Source of the DNA: Candidatus Krumholzibacteriia bacterium
GTDB lineage: Bacteria; Krumholzibacteriota; Krumholzibacteriia; WVZY01
DNA: 64,000 nucleotides
NCBI GenBank assembly: GCA_046754105.1
Contig: JBHHVD010000002.1
Span: 16,484 to 80,483, forward strand
Reading direction: 5' to 3'
Below are positions 41,383-51,218 of the stretch, piece after piece (the stretch's first letter is position 1; the number at the start of each line of letters is the position of its first letter). The position numbers and the translations under genes were made by a program. Under the pieces are notes generated by a model. That model was given only the letters and a program-made list of their open reading frames with translations, was not told the origin of the DNA and did no database searches.

Positions 41383-42139
41383 TTCCCCGTTGCAAGACCC
41401 GGTTCAGGCGTTCGAGTTCCTTGTGCTCCAGGGGTCGAACCGCACCGAGGGGCAGGTTGCGGACCGAGAGCGGGCCGAAGCGAATGCGCCTGAGCTTGAC
41501 CACGCGCAGTCCCATCGATTCGCACATCTTGCGAACCTGGCGGTTTCTGCCCTCCTTGAGGGTTATCTGCAGGATGGTTTCGCGGTTCATCTGCCGGACG
41601 AGCTGAACCGACGCTTTCGTCCGCTTGCGTGAACGCTGCCGGGGCGCGGCAAGTTTATCGAGTTCAACGAGCTTTCTGTCGTTCATCGTTCCTCGCACGC
41701 GGACGTGATACGTTCGGGGAATCTGGTACCTCGGATGCGTCAGACGGTAGCACAGCATTCCGTCGTTGGTCAAAAGGATTAAGCCGGTTGTGTTTACGTC
41801 GAGGCGGCCGACGGGAAACAGGCGTCGCCTGCGCGTGTACTTCCTGCAGAGTTCCAGCACGGTCGGACGACCGTAGGGATCGGTTACCGTGGAAACGACA
41901 CCGGCGGGTTTGTTCAAGATGAGTACCAGCGGGCTTCCCTGCGAAGACAGCGGCCTGCCGTCCACGCTCACCTTGCTGACACCCGGTACCACGCGCGTCG
42001 AAGGATCGGTAACGCGCCGGCCGTCGACCGTGACCCGCCCTTCCGAGATCATCTGGTCACACGTTCTTCTGGCGCCGGCACCCAACATGGCAATCAGCCG
42101 GTTCAGCCGTATCGGATCCTTGTCGCTGGCCTTCTCCAT
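41363..42139 (-). CDS. rluB: 23S rRNA pseudouridine synthase (RluB/RsuA family)
   Basis: S4 domain; NKPAG, PVGRLD and EGRNRQVR motifs; follows scpB. Confidence 0.88.
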   Translation of the reverse strand: MEKASDKDPIRLNRLIAMLGAGARRTCDQMISEGRVTVDGRRVTDPSTRVVPGVSKVSVDGRPLSSQGSPLVLILNKPAGVVSTVTDPYGRPTVLELCRKYTRRRRLFPVGRLDVNTTGLILLTNDGMLCYRLTHPRYQIPRTYHVRVRGTMNDRKLVELDKLAAPRQRSRKRTKASVQLVRQMNRETILQITLKEGRNRQVRKMCESMGLRVVKLRRIRFGPLSVRNLPLGAVRPLEHKELERLNRVLQRGSDERGS

Positions 42140-42150
42140 GGAGACCGGGC

Positions 42151-42849
42151 TCAATCGGGGTTGTCGGCACGCGGTATGTGATCAGCAGCGTCCGCCCCAT
42201 GGTTGGCCGTGTCCGGGCTGTCCAGAGCGGCGGCCGTGTCCGTCGTCATCGTAAAGTCCTCGAGCGTCGGCCCCGCCTCCTCGTCGCCGTCCTCTTTCTC
42301 CTCGGCCGGGCTCTCTTCCTGCGCCAGCATCTCTTCTAGCACTTCCATCGAGGGCAGGTCCTTGAGCCGGTCCAGCCCGAGGTATTCGAGAAACTCGGGC
42401 GTCGTTCCGTACAGGAACGGAGCTCCGAGCACCCTGGCCTTGCCCGCGATGCGGATCAGATTGCGCTCCATCAACGTTGTCAGCACACCACCGCACCCGA
42501 CGCCACGGAGATTCTCGATATCCGCGCGCGTAATCGGCTGCTTGTACGCGATGATGGCCAGCGTTTCCATAGCGGCCCGCGACAGCCGCTGTTTGCGTCT
42601 TCCCGAGTAGAGTCGTGAGACGTAGTCGGCAAATTCGGGGTTGGTCGCCAACTGCAACCCGCCGGCGACACGCTCGAGGACGATACTCGGATAGTCGCGC
42701 GAGATGTTCTTCTGCAAGCGCGTGACTGCGTCCTTCAAGTCGTCGAGTTCGACCGCGTCGACGATGGCGGAAATGCGTTTCATGGAAATCGGCTCGTCCG
42801 ACGCAAAAAGCAGGGCGAGCACGATGCTGTCTATCCGGGATGGTTCCAT
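42151..42849 (-). CDS. scpB: SMC-Scp complex subunit ScpB
   Basis: LSRAAMETLAIIAYKQPITR and YGTTPEFL motifs. Confidence 0.95.
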   Translation of the reverse strand: MEPSRIDSIVLALLFASDEPISMKRISAIVDAVELDDLKDAVTRLQKNISRDYPSIVLERVAGGLQLATNPEFADYVSRLYSGRRKQRLSRAAMETLAIIAYKQPITRADIENLRGVGCGGVLTTLMERNLIRIAGKARVLGAPFLYGTTPEFLEYLGLDRLKDLPSMEVLEEMLAQEESPAEEKEDGDEEAGPTLEDFTMTTDTAAALDSPDTANHGADAADHIPRADNPD

Positions 42850-42872
42850 GGTCTCTTCCTTGCGCCGGCTGC

Positions 42873-43646
42873 CTACGCCCCGGACGGGCCTGCCCCGCTA
42901 TCATCCGCCGGAACCGGTTCGTCCGCCGCGCGGCTCTCCCCGGCCGCGTAGATCCAGATCTCACCGAAAGCGCCCTCCTGCCTGGCCTTGATCCGCAAAC
43001 GTTTTATTAGCTCCAGGACGGCCATGAACGTCACGACCACCTCGAGCCGGCTCGAGGTGCCTTCGAACAACTCGCGGAATCGCACCTGCTCCCGCTCGCC
43101 CAGCCTGGAATCGATGACGGCGATCTTCTCCTCGATGGTGAACGCCTCGGGCTCGATCTCCGAGACCTCCGCCGCGTCCATTTCCGCCATCACCTGGCGA
43201 AACACCCGCATGATCTCGAACACGTTGAGATCTAGCACCGCCTCGCCGCGATACTCTTTTTCCCGCTGGGGCACGGGGCGGCTGAAGACCTTGAAGCGAT
43301 CATCCTCCATCTCCCGAAAGGACCGTGCCGCCTCTACCATCTTCTTGTATTCCAGGAGGTTCCGTACCAGTTCCTCCCGCGGGTCCTCCGAGTCATCGTC
43401 CCGCCGCAGGAGCATCTGGACTTTGATACGCATCAGCGTCGCGGCCAGCACGAAGAACTCGCCGGCCAGGTCGATGTGGAGCCGTTCCATGAGATCGACG
43501 TACTCGAGATAATCGCTGGTGATCTTGGCGATCGGGATATCATAGATATCCAGGTTGTCGCGCTTGATCAGGTAGAGGATCACTTCGAGCGGCGCCTTGA
43601 CGCCTTCGAGCTCGGCCTTGTATCGCGGTTCCTGGGCGTGGTTCAC
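42873..43646 (-). CDS. scpA: segregation/condensation kleisin ScpA
   Basis: PLEVILYLI..LDIYDIPI, DPREELV and VVTFMAVLEL motifs. Confidence 0.93.
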   Translation of the reverse strand: MNHAQEPRYKAELEGVKAPLEVILYLIKRDNLDIYDIPIAKITSDYLEYVDLMERLHIDLAGEFFVLAATLMRIKVQMLLRRDDDSEDPREELVRNLLEYKKMVEAARSFREMEDDRFKVFSRPVPQREKEYRGEAVLDLNVFEIMRVFRQVMAEMDAAEVSEIEPEAFTIEEKIAVIDSRLGEREQVRFRELFEGTSSRLEVVVTFMAVLELIKRLRIKARQEGAFGEIWIYAAGESRAADEPVPADDSGAGPSGA

Positions 43647-43685
43647 AGACTGGCTCCCGTAAGGGTGAAACCCGGTTTGAGGGCG

Positions 43686-43715
43686 ATATTATGCGGAGTT
43701 CTCGATATGTGTCAA
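43686..43715 (-). promoter_or_regulatory. sigma70-type promoter for scpA
   Basis: TTGACA - 16/18 nt - CATAAT/TAATAT. Confidence 0.55.
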
Positions 43716-43731
43716 GCGCTGTTGCCCCTTC

Positions 43732-44637
43732 TCAGCGGTCCCTCCTCGCGCGCGGGTGGAACGCGCGGTGGACCTCGATCAGGTGCCTCGTGTCGACCGT
43801 CGTATAGATTTGGGTGGTGGAGATGTCCGAGTGACCGAGCAGTTCCTGAACGTACCGCAGGTCTGCCCCGCCTTCGAGCAGGTGGGTGGCGAAGGTGTGA
43901 CGAAGCACGTGCGGGCTGACCCTGCGCTGGATACCGGCGGACCGCGCATGCTGGCCGAGGCGCTTGAAAAACCCCACGCGCGAGATCTTGTCCCCGCGGC
44001 AGTTCAGAAAGACCGCCGCCGACTGCCGCCCGCGGGCCAGGAAGGGGCGGCTCGAGGTCAAGTACCGGTGGAGCGCCGTGGCGGCGGGCTCGCCGAACGG
44101 CACGATGCGTTGCCTGCCCCCCTTTCCGCGCACCATGAGGATGCGCTCCTTCTCCTGGACCTGTTCGAACGTCAAATCGCAAAGCTCCGAGACACGGAGC
44201 CCCGATGCGTACGCCACCTCGAGCATTGCGCGATCTCGCATTCCTAAGTAACTGTCATCCGGTGCTTTCAGTAGACGCTCCATCTGCTGGATGGTCAGCA
44301 CCCCGGGCACGTGCCGCCCCCGCTTCGGGCTCGGAATTTCCCCCCCCTCCACCCGCCGCACAACCCCGTCCCGCAGCAGAAAGCGGTGAAAATGGCGAAC
44401 GGCGGACAGGGCGCGAGCCCGCGAGGCGGCCCCCAGCCCACGGCGGCTCAGGCGGGTGAGATGGAGCTCCAGCGCCGTGGCCGGGATGGCGTTCTCCTTC
44501 CCCCATATCTTGCCCAGGATATCGAGGTATCCCCGCAGATCACTGCGGTAGGCTTCGACGGTCCGGGGACGGAGCCCCCGTTCGCTCACCAGGTAATCAA
44601 AAAACTGTTCAACGACCGTATCGAGCTTATTTTCCAT
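43732..44637 (-). CDS. xerD: tyrosine recombinase XerD
   Basis: YASGLRVSEL and SPHVLRHTFATHLL..GADLR.VQELLGH..ISTTQIYT motifs. Confidence 0.9.
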   Translation of the reverse strand: MENKLDTVVEQFFDYLVSERGLRPRTVEAYRSDLRGYLDILGKIWGKENAIPATALELHLTRLSRRGLGAASRARALSAVRHFHRFLLRDGVVRRVEGGEIPSPKRGRHVPGVLTIQQMERLLKAPDDSYLGMRDRAMLEVAYASGLRVSELCDLTFEQVQEKERILMVRGKGGRQRIVPFGEPAATALHRYLTSSRPFLARGRQSAAVFLNCRGDKISRVGFFKRLGQHARSAGIQRRVSPHVLRHTFATHLLEGGADLRYVQELLGHSDISTTQIYTTVDTRHLIEVHRAFHPRARRDR

Positions 44638-44704
44638 ACGATTTGCTTGACTCCGCGGCCCGGGGATGGTAGATTTCCACAGGATTTTATTCGTAAGGAG
44701 AATC

Positions 44705-44944
44705 ATGCCACAACATAAATCGGCGAAGAAACGCCTGAGGAACGCCGCCAAGAACCAGGCGCGCAACCGGGCGGCCCGTAGCACGCTGAGGCGGTCGATG
44801 AAGGCGCTTCGCGAGCTGCCCGCGGACAAGGCAGGCGATGCGATAAAGGCGATGCACTCGCTCCTGGACAGGGCAGCGAACCACGGTCTGTTTCACAGGA
44901 ACAAGGCGGCCCGTTTGAAGTCGCGCTTTAAGCCCGGCGCCTGA
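44705..44944 (+). CDS. rpsT: 30S ribosomal protein S20
   Basis: MPQHKSAKKR...HRNKAARLKSR. Confidence 0.95.
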   Translation: MPQHKSAKKRLRNAAKNQARNRAARSTLRRSMKALRELPADKAGDAIKAMHSLLDRAANHGLFHRNKAARLKSRFKPGA

Positions 44945-44969
44945 ACGCGCCCGCCCCATGGACGGCCCC

Positions 44970-45004
44970 AACGGCAGCGCCTCGCAGGCGCCGCCGTTTT
45001 TTTT
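44970..45004 (+). terminator. intrinsic terminator between convergent rpsT and proS
   Basis: AACGGCAGCGCCT / AGGCGCCGCCGTT stem followed by T8. Confidence 0.75.
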
Positions 45005-46718
45005 ATGCGGAATCGCCGTAGAAGCGCGTGAGAACGTCCACAACGGCGGAAGGCTCGACCAGTTCCTGCCGGTCCTCATGGCGATAGTAGATCTCCACCT
45101 TGCCATCCTTGAGGTTCCGCTCGCCCAGGGTGACCCTCAGCGGCACCCCGACCAGCTCGGAGTCCTTGAACTTGAACCCGGCCCGCACGTCGCGGTCGTC
45201 GAGCAGGACGTCCCACCCGGCCGCCCGCAGTTCCTCGTAGAGCGCCTCCGCCGCCGACGTCGTGTGGTCCTCGTTCATGTTGACGGGCAGGATAATGGCG
45301 TGGAACGGCGTGATGGATTTGGGCCAGCGGATGCCACGCCCGTCGTGGTGCGCCTCGATCGCCGCGGCGACAGCCCGCGACACGCCGAAACCATAGCAGC
45401 CCATGATGAAGTGGCGGTCTTTTCCGTCGCGGTCGAGGTAGGTGGCGTTCATCGCCTTGCTGTACTTGTCGTCGAGTTTGAAGATGTGTCCCAGCTCGAC
45501 TCCGCGATGCGCCCTCAGTTCCGACTTCTCGCACCGCGCACAACGGTCCCCGGCCTCGGTGAGACTGATGTTCCGAAACTCCGTCGCTTCGAAATCGCGT
45601 CCCAGCCGTACGCCGCGCAGGTGCGCATCCGTGACGTTCGCCCCCACGATCATGCCTTCGTAGTTTTTCAAGGATGTATCAGCCACGATGCGGGTCCCCG
45701 CCGGCAAGCCCACCGGACCGGCGAAACCGACGTCGGCACCCGTTAGCTCCTTAACCGCCGTTTCGTCCAGCGGTTCTACGTACGGGTCGCCCAATACCTT
45801 CATGAAGCGTGCCTCGTTCAGTGTGCGGTCCCCCGGAATGAGCGCGGCCACCACTTCGCCCTCAGAACGAAACAGCAGCGTCTTGACCAGCTGCGACGCG
45901 TTCACCGCGAGGAAAGCAGTGACCTCGTCGACCGTCCGGCTCCCCGGCGTGGCCGCCGTCTCCGGGGAGTCGAGCACTCGTTCCTTCTTCGCCGGCGGCT
46001 TGCCGAGGCTCTCGGCGCCCTCGAGCGCGGCGGCGTATCCGCACTCGCAACTCAAGATCTCACTCTCGCCCTCCTCGGCGAGGACCACAAACTCGTGGTT
46101 GACGTCGCCGCCGATTTTTCCAGCGTCGGCCTCCACCATCACGTGCTCGAGCTCGCATCGATCCAGAATGCGGGAGTACGCCCCCGCCATCTTCCGGTAG
46201 GTCTCCTCGAGTGACTCCGGTGAGCCGTGGAAACTATACGCGTCCTTCATGATAAATTCACGTGCGCGCATGACGCCGAACCGCGGGCGGATCTCGTCGC
46301 GAAACTTGGTCAGCACCTGGTAAAGGCACTGCGGCAGCTGGCGGTAACTGCGCAGTTCGCTGCGTGCGAGGTCGGTTACGACTTCTTCGTGCGTCGGCCC
46401 GAGCGCGAAGACGCGGCCCTTTCGGTCCTCGAGCTTGAACAGCTCGGGACCGAACTGCTTGAACCGCCCGCTCTCCTCGTACAACTGCGACGGGTGCAGG
46501 ATGGGCATGAGAATCTCCTGGCACCCGATGCCGTCCATTTCTTCGCGGACGATGCGCTCGACCTTTTTGAGGACTTTGAAGCCGAGCGGCAGGAACGTAT
46601 AGACTCCGGATGTGAGTTTCTTTATCACGCCGGCGCGGATCATGAGCTTGTGGCTCGGAATCTCCGCGTCGCTCGGGCTCTCCTTATAGGTCGGCAGATA
46701 GTAGCGGGACCACCTCAT
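45003..46718 (-). CDS. proS: proline--tRNA ligase (bacterial type with INS editing domain)
   Basis: LGPTHEE, KFRDEIRPRFG..RAREFIMKDAYSF and MGCYGFGVSR motifs. Confidence 0.97.
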   Translation of the reverse strand: MRWSRYYLPTYKESPSDAEIPSHKLMIRAGVIKKLTSGVYTFLPLGFKVLKKVERIVREEMDGIGCQEILMPILHPSQLYEESGRFKQFGPELFKLEDRKGRVFALGPTHEEVVTDLARSELRSYRQLPQCLYQVLTKFRDEIRPRFGVMRAREFIMKDAYSFHGSPESLEETYRKMAGAYSRILDRCELEHVMVEADAGKIGGDVNHEFVVLAEEGESEILSCECGYAAALEGAESLGKPPAKKERVLDSPETAATPGSRTVDEVTAFLAVNASQLVKTLLFRSEGEVVAALIPGDRTLNEARFMKVLGDPYVEPLDETAVKELTGADVGFAGPVGLPAGTRIVADTSLKNYEGMIVGANVTDAHLRGVRLGRDFEATEFRNISLTEAGDRCARCEKSELRAHRGVELGHIFKLDDKYSKAMNATYLDRDGKDRHFIMGCYGFGVSRAVAAAIEAHHDGRGIRWPKSITPFHAIILPVNMNEDHTTSAAEALYEELRAAGWDVLLDDRDVRAGFKFKDSELVGVPLRVTLGERNLKDGKVEIYYRHEDRQELVEPSAVVDVLTRFYGDSA

Positions 46719-46754
46719 CGCGCCCTCCGTTTCTGTGTCCTTCGAATATGAAGA

Positions 46755-49568
46755 CTAGTAGTTGAGACCGATGAAGAATTCGACGTCGGTATTGTTGGAT
46801 ATACTACTGAAATCAGTGGCCCGTGTAAAGTTGACACGGATAACCGGTGCGAACCCGAGGTTGAGCTCGGTGCCGACGCCCACCGTGCCGAGCCAGTCGG
46901 TATCCGCGATGAAACGCCCTACCTTGCCGGCATCGACGAAGAAGGCGCCGCGGATGAGGGGAAATTCGATTGCTCCGAAGGGGAGGCTGAGGGCGAAACG
47001 GTCGATCAGCGGAAAGCGGATCTCGCTGTTGATCAGGTAGCTGCTGCGGCCGAAGAACTCGCGGAAGTCGTAGCCCCTCAGGTCCCAGGGACCTCCGAGG
47101 TAGAAGATCTGGAAATCACTGCCGAAGCTGTGGCGCGTGACGAAACGCTCGGCGATTACGACGCGCCGCCCCAGCTTGAAGTACTTGCGGATGTCAAAGT
47201 GTACCGTGGTGTTGTCGAACCCGCGGCCCCTGAAATCAATCGTTTGACCGATCGTCGTGTGGTATCGCAAGCCCTTGAGCGGGCCGCCCACCGTCCACAA
47301 CGTGTTGTCGGAGACGTAGGTCAGAAATGTCGATCCCAGGAAGCTCTTCTGGTCGGCCAGCTCCGTGAAGTCGGATTCGCGGTCGACGAAGCGGAGCACG
47401 AACGACCCGTCGATGCGTGAAAACTTGCTAAACGGATAACTCACGCCAGTGGCAACGCCGAATCGCCTCTCGGAGCGAAACACGGTGAAAAAGTCACCGG
47501 TAAAGCTGGTCAAGTGAAAGACACCTACCGTGTAGTTCAGCCGGCGCGTCAGGTTCGCGTAGTTCAATCCGAAGTTCAAGCGCTTGAAGAAATTCCCCTC
47601 TTGTTCGGAGTCGCTGGTCGTACCAAAGAACACCTGGTACTGGTGGTTGCCGAGGATGTCGGAAAACACGACCGCTCCCCCGTTCCCAAGCGTGCCGAAG
47701 TCCGGGTCGATGGACAGGCCCGTGCCCGCAAAATCCAGTCCCAGTTTTTGCTTGTAGTCCTGGGTCGTGTACGTCACCCGCGTCGGCCGGGTGCTGGTCC
47801 ACGTCGACTGCGTGGTGTCCACGGAGGCCGCCACGACATCGCCCACGGCTCCCCCGTTCTTCAACGGGAACTCGAAGAGGTGAAACTCGCCCTGGTAGTA
47901 GCCGCTGGCGATGAACCCAGAACGATCCGGCATGAATGCCGGTGTCGTCACACCTCCGATAACCGCCGTTTGACGGATGACCAGTCGTTCGTCGAGCTCG
48001 AAGAGATAAATGTTGAACACACCGTCGCGGTCCGACGTAAAGAGGAACGACTCGCCGTCCGGCGACCAGTCGGGGTGCGCGTCGGAGTTGTCTCCACACG
48101 TCAGGGCCTCGATCTCCCTCGTATCGATGTCGATCATGTAAATGCCCTGGCGCTTGCGCTCGCCGGCCTCGCAGCGGTCGGAGCTGAAGAGGACCAGGTC
48201 TTTCATGGGATGAAAATCGGGGTCTTCCTCGGCGTACCTGTCATGGGTAAGGCGCTCCAGCCGGGCGTCATCGCGCCGGTAGAGAAAGAGGTCCATGCTG
48301 CCCGTGCTGTCGATGGCGCTGAAGACGATCTTGTCGCCCTGTGCGGAGATCGTCGGCGAGGAGATGACGCTCAGCCCGGCGAAGCTCACGTGCTCGACTT
48401 CCCTGTTCCGTAGGGTGTCCCACAGGTAGATGGCGTCCCGTTCCTGTCTCTTGGCGACGAAGAGGATCATGTCGCCGTGGGTTTCGATTTTGCTGCGGAA
48501 CGCGGGGATGGTCTCGAACGCAGAGGAACGGCTTCCTTCCACCAGGGTCTTTCGGGTCACCAGGCCGCCCGCGCCCTTGCTCAGACTGAGTATGTTGAGG
48601 ACCCCGTCCTGCGCTCCGAGGGCGTACAGGTTTATCTCCCCATCGCTGCCGCGGCCCACCGCCGGGCGCGAGTGAAACGTGTGCGGGCGGGTAAGCTGCT
48701 TGCCGGCGTCCGTGGCGAAAGTGGTATGCAGAATTGAGGGATAGTAGCGACGCTTGACGCTCTTCATGAACGCGTCGTTGAGCTCCAGCAGGTTCAAGCC
48801 GATCGTCTTCTTCAGCACCACCGGGAACTTGTCCGACATCCACCAGTTCTCCAGAATCTTGATGATCGCCTCGACGCCGAAATTGTTGCCGATGTAGAGA
48901 AGGACCGCCTCACCTTCCTTGTACATCATGAACGATCCTTCGATCCTCCAGATGTTGACGAGGTCGAGCAAACGCCCGTGGATGAGGGCGTCGCGCACGA
49001 ACATGTGGCTCTGCGTATCCGCCTCGCGTCCGGCGAGGAATTCGGCCATGCCTTCGACAAACCACAGCGGCGGCTGCGTGTAATTGAAGCGGCTTTTCTC
49101 ACTCATCACCACGGCCAGCTTCTCCAGCATGAAGGCGTGCACCATTTCATGGCGGATCACATGGCGCAACTGCCACAAGGACCCCGTCATCGGGATCGCG
49201 ATCCGACCCTTGATCAAATCCGTGAAACCGCCCGTGTACTCGGAAATCAGCGATGGAACGATGTTGGTCTGTTGAAAATCATAGTGCGAGCTGTAGAAGA
49301 CGAGCGGCAGGCGGTCTCGAAACTCGAGGTTGAAGACCTCGGAATATTCCACGAACGTCTCTTCGACGATCGGCGCGACAAAGGCGACCAGGTTGTGCTC
49401 GTTCGGGTAATAATAGATATCGACGTGGTCGGTCTGCATGACCTTCCAGTCCTTCTTGGTGTAGTTGACCTTGTTTTTTCCGAAGGGATACTGTGCGAAG
49501 CCGGACGTGGGAGCCGCAAGTGCTGCGGCGCAGACGAGCAGGAACAGGATCGATCTCCGTCTAATCAT
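46755..49568 (-). CDS. Omp85/BamA-family barrel fused to an HExxH peptidase-like domain and a PD40/TolB propeller
   Basis: signal peptide; FGKNKV, HEMVH and PLWFVEGMAEF; PDWSPDG repeats; LGG..LRGY Omp85 motif; C-terminal Y. Confidence 0.8.
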   Translation of the reverse strand: MIRRRSILFLLVCAAALAAPTSGFAQYPFGKNKVNYTKKDWKVMQTDHVDIYYYPNEHNLVAFVAPIVEETFVEYSEVFNLEFRDRLPLVFYSSHYDFQQTNIVPSLISEYTGGFTDLIKGRIAIPMTGSLWQLRHVIRHEMVHAFMLEKLAVVMSEKSRFNYTQPPLWFVEGMAEFLAGREADTQSHMFVRDALIHGRLLDLVNIWRIEGSFMMYKEGEAVLLYIGNNFGVEAIIKILENWWMSDKFPVVLKKTIGLNLLELNDAFMKSVKRRYYPSILHTTFATDAGKQLTRPHTFHSRPAVGRGSDGEINLYALGAQDGVLNILSLSKGAGGLVTRKTLVEGSRSSAFETIPAFRSKIETHGDMILFVAKRQERDAIYLWDTLRNREVEHVSFAGLSVISSPTISAQGDKIVFSAIDSTGSMDLFLYRRDDARLERLTHDRYAEEDPDFHPMKDLVLFSSDRCEAGERKRQGIYMIDIDTREIEALTCGDNSDAHPDWSPDGESFLFTSDRDGVFNIYLFELDERLVIRQTAVIGGVTTPAFMPDRSGFIASGYYQGEFHLFEFPLKNGGAVGDVVAASVDTTQSTWTSTRPTRVTYTTQDYKQKLGLDFAGTGLSIDPDFGTLGNGGAVVFSDILGNHQYQVFFGTTSDSEQEGNFFKRLNFGLNYANLTRRLNYTVGVFHLTSFTGDFFTVFRSERRFGVATGVSYPFSKFSRIDGSFVLRFVDRESDFTELADQKSFLGSTFLTYVSDNTLWTVGGPLKGLRYHTTIGQTIDFRGRGFDNTTVHFDIRKYFKLGRRVVIAERFVTRHSFGSDFQIFYLGGPWDLRGYDFREFFGRSSYLINSEIRFPLIDRFALSLPFGAIEFPLIRGAFFVDAGKVGRFIADTDWLGTVGVGTELNLGFAPVIRVNFTRATDFSSISNNTDVEFFIGLNY

Positions 49569-50329
49569 GATGTATCCCCGAGGATGTCCTCCATGCGGAA
49601 GAGACCGCGCTCTTTGGAGGAGATGAAGCGGGCGGCTCGTATGGCGCCGCGCGCGAACACCTGTCGGGAGATGGCGCGGTGCGAGAGCGTAACGACTTCT
49701 TCGTGGTTGGCAAACAGCACATGGTGCTCGCCGGGAATTCCTCCGAGCCGCAGGGAATGGATGTGGACCGGCCCACGGCGACCATCCCCCCGCCCGGAAA
49801 TCGGCTTGGCTTCGGGTGATATGAGTCGTGACAGGGCAAGTGCCGTACCACTCGGGTGATCCTGCTTGTCCGCGTGATGCGTTTCGACGATTTCCACATC
49901 ATAGTCCCCGAGCAAAGGTACGGCCGCCTCTACAAGCGCTCTTACAGCGGAAACACCATAACTCATGTTTTCATCGTACAATACGGCAGTTTCTTTAGAA
50001 TATCCCTTCAATAGCGCCCTTTCTTTTGCCCCTATACCCGTCGTTCCAGACACGAGCGGAACGCCGGATCCCGCCATCGCTGCGATGAGCCGTGCCAGCC
50101 CCTGCGGGTGGCTGAAGTCCACGACGACGGTCGCGCGCCCCTCGTTCTGGGGCACCTGGCCAAGAATGGTAGCGTCTTCTGCGCCAACTGGCCCACTCAC
50201 CGGCTGAACGTCTCGCAGCTCCAGGACGCCACCCAGGGTCACATCGTCCGTCTGCCGCACCAGCGACAGTACTTCACGGCCCATCCGGCCCCAGGCGCCG
50301 TGCACGAGAAGCACTGTCGCTCCCCCCAC
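49565..50329 (-). CDS. dapB: 4-hydroxy-tetrahydrodipicolinate reductase
   Basis: GAWGRMG, SGTTG and ETHHADKQDHPSGTA motifs; GTG start inferred. Confidence 0.92.
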   Translation of the reverse strand: MGGATVLLVHGAWGRMGREVLSLVRQTDDVTLGGVLELRDVQPVSGPVGAEDATILGQVPQNEGRATVVVDFSHPQGLARLIAAMAGSGVPLVSGTTGIGAKERALLKGYSKETAVLYDENMSYGVSAVRALVEAAVPLLGDYDVEIVETHHADKQDHPSGTALALSRLISPEAKPISGRGDGRRGPVHIHSLRLGGIPGEHHVLFANHEEVVTLSHRAISRQVFARGAIRAARFISSKERGLFRMEDILGDTS

Positions 50330-50330
50330 G

Positions 50331-51218
50331 TCACTCGCTCCCCGAGGCGCCGAATCGCTCCAGCGCCGCCTGGATCCGTTCCCGCCCCTCCCGGCCCACA
50401 ACCGCCAGCGGCGCCCGCACCTCTTCCGACATGAACTCTCGCGAAGCGAGCATGGTCTTGATCGGCGATGGATTCGACTCGACGAAGGCGGCGCGCATCA
50501 CCGGCAGCAGGCGAAAGTGCCACTTGCACGCCCTGCTGAAATCTCCGTCGAGGGCGGCCGCTACCATATCTCGCACGGCTTGAGGCAGCAGGTTCGAGAC
50601 CACAGACACCACACCGCGTGCGCCCAGCGCGAGCATGGCCACGGTCAACGAATCGTCTCCCGACAGAACGGGGATGTCGCTGCTCTCGCGGATATCGGAA
50701 ACGGCGTCGATACTCCCGCCGGCTTCCTTCACGGCTGCGTAGCGCCCCGTCTCGTAGAGACGCGCAATGGTGTCGGGGGCAAGGGTAACGCCGGTACGGC
50801 CTGGCACGTTGTAGAGAACGAGTGGCAGCGTGGTGGCGTCGGCCACGCGCCGGTAGTGGTCCAGCAGACCCGCCTGCGACGGCTTGTTATAGTAAGGTGT
50901 GATAAGCATTGCGGCGTGTACACCGGCGGCCTGCGCCTCGCGCGTGATGCGAATCGTCGATTCGGTGGCGTTGGTCCCGGTGCCGGCCATGACCTGCATG
51001 TCGCCGCCGACCTCCTCGAGAGTGGTGTGCAGCAGCGTCATGCGCTCGGCTTCGGTGAGTGTGGCCGCCTCTCCCGTGCACCCGCACGGGACCACCCCCA
51101 CCACGGCGGCATCCCGCTGTGCGGCGAGCAATCTCTTGTAGGCACCCAGGTCGAGTTCGCCGCCCTTGAACGGCGTTACGAGCGCGGTGTATGTTCCCGC
51201 AAACTCCATATCGGTCAT
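50331..51218 (-). CDS. dapA: 4-hydroxy-tetrahydrodipicolinate synthase
   Basis: TALVTPF, GCTGE, PYYNKP, YNVPGRT and KEA motifs. Confidence 0.96.
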   Translation of the reverse strand: MTDMEFAGTYTALVTPFKGGELDLGAYKRLLAAQRDAAVVGVVPCGCTGEAATLTEAERMTLLHTTLEEVGGDMQVMAGTGTNATESTIRITREAQAAGVHAAMLITPYYNKPSQAGLLDHYRRVADATTLPLVLYNVPGRTGVTLAPDTIARLYETGRYAAVKEAGGSIDAVSDIRESSDIPVLSGDDSLTVAMLALGARGVVSVVSNLLPQAVRDMVAAALDGDFSRACKWHFRLLPVMRAAFVESNPSPIKTMLASREFMSEEVRAPLAVVGREGRERIQAALERFGASGSE

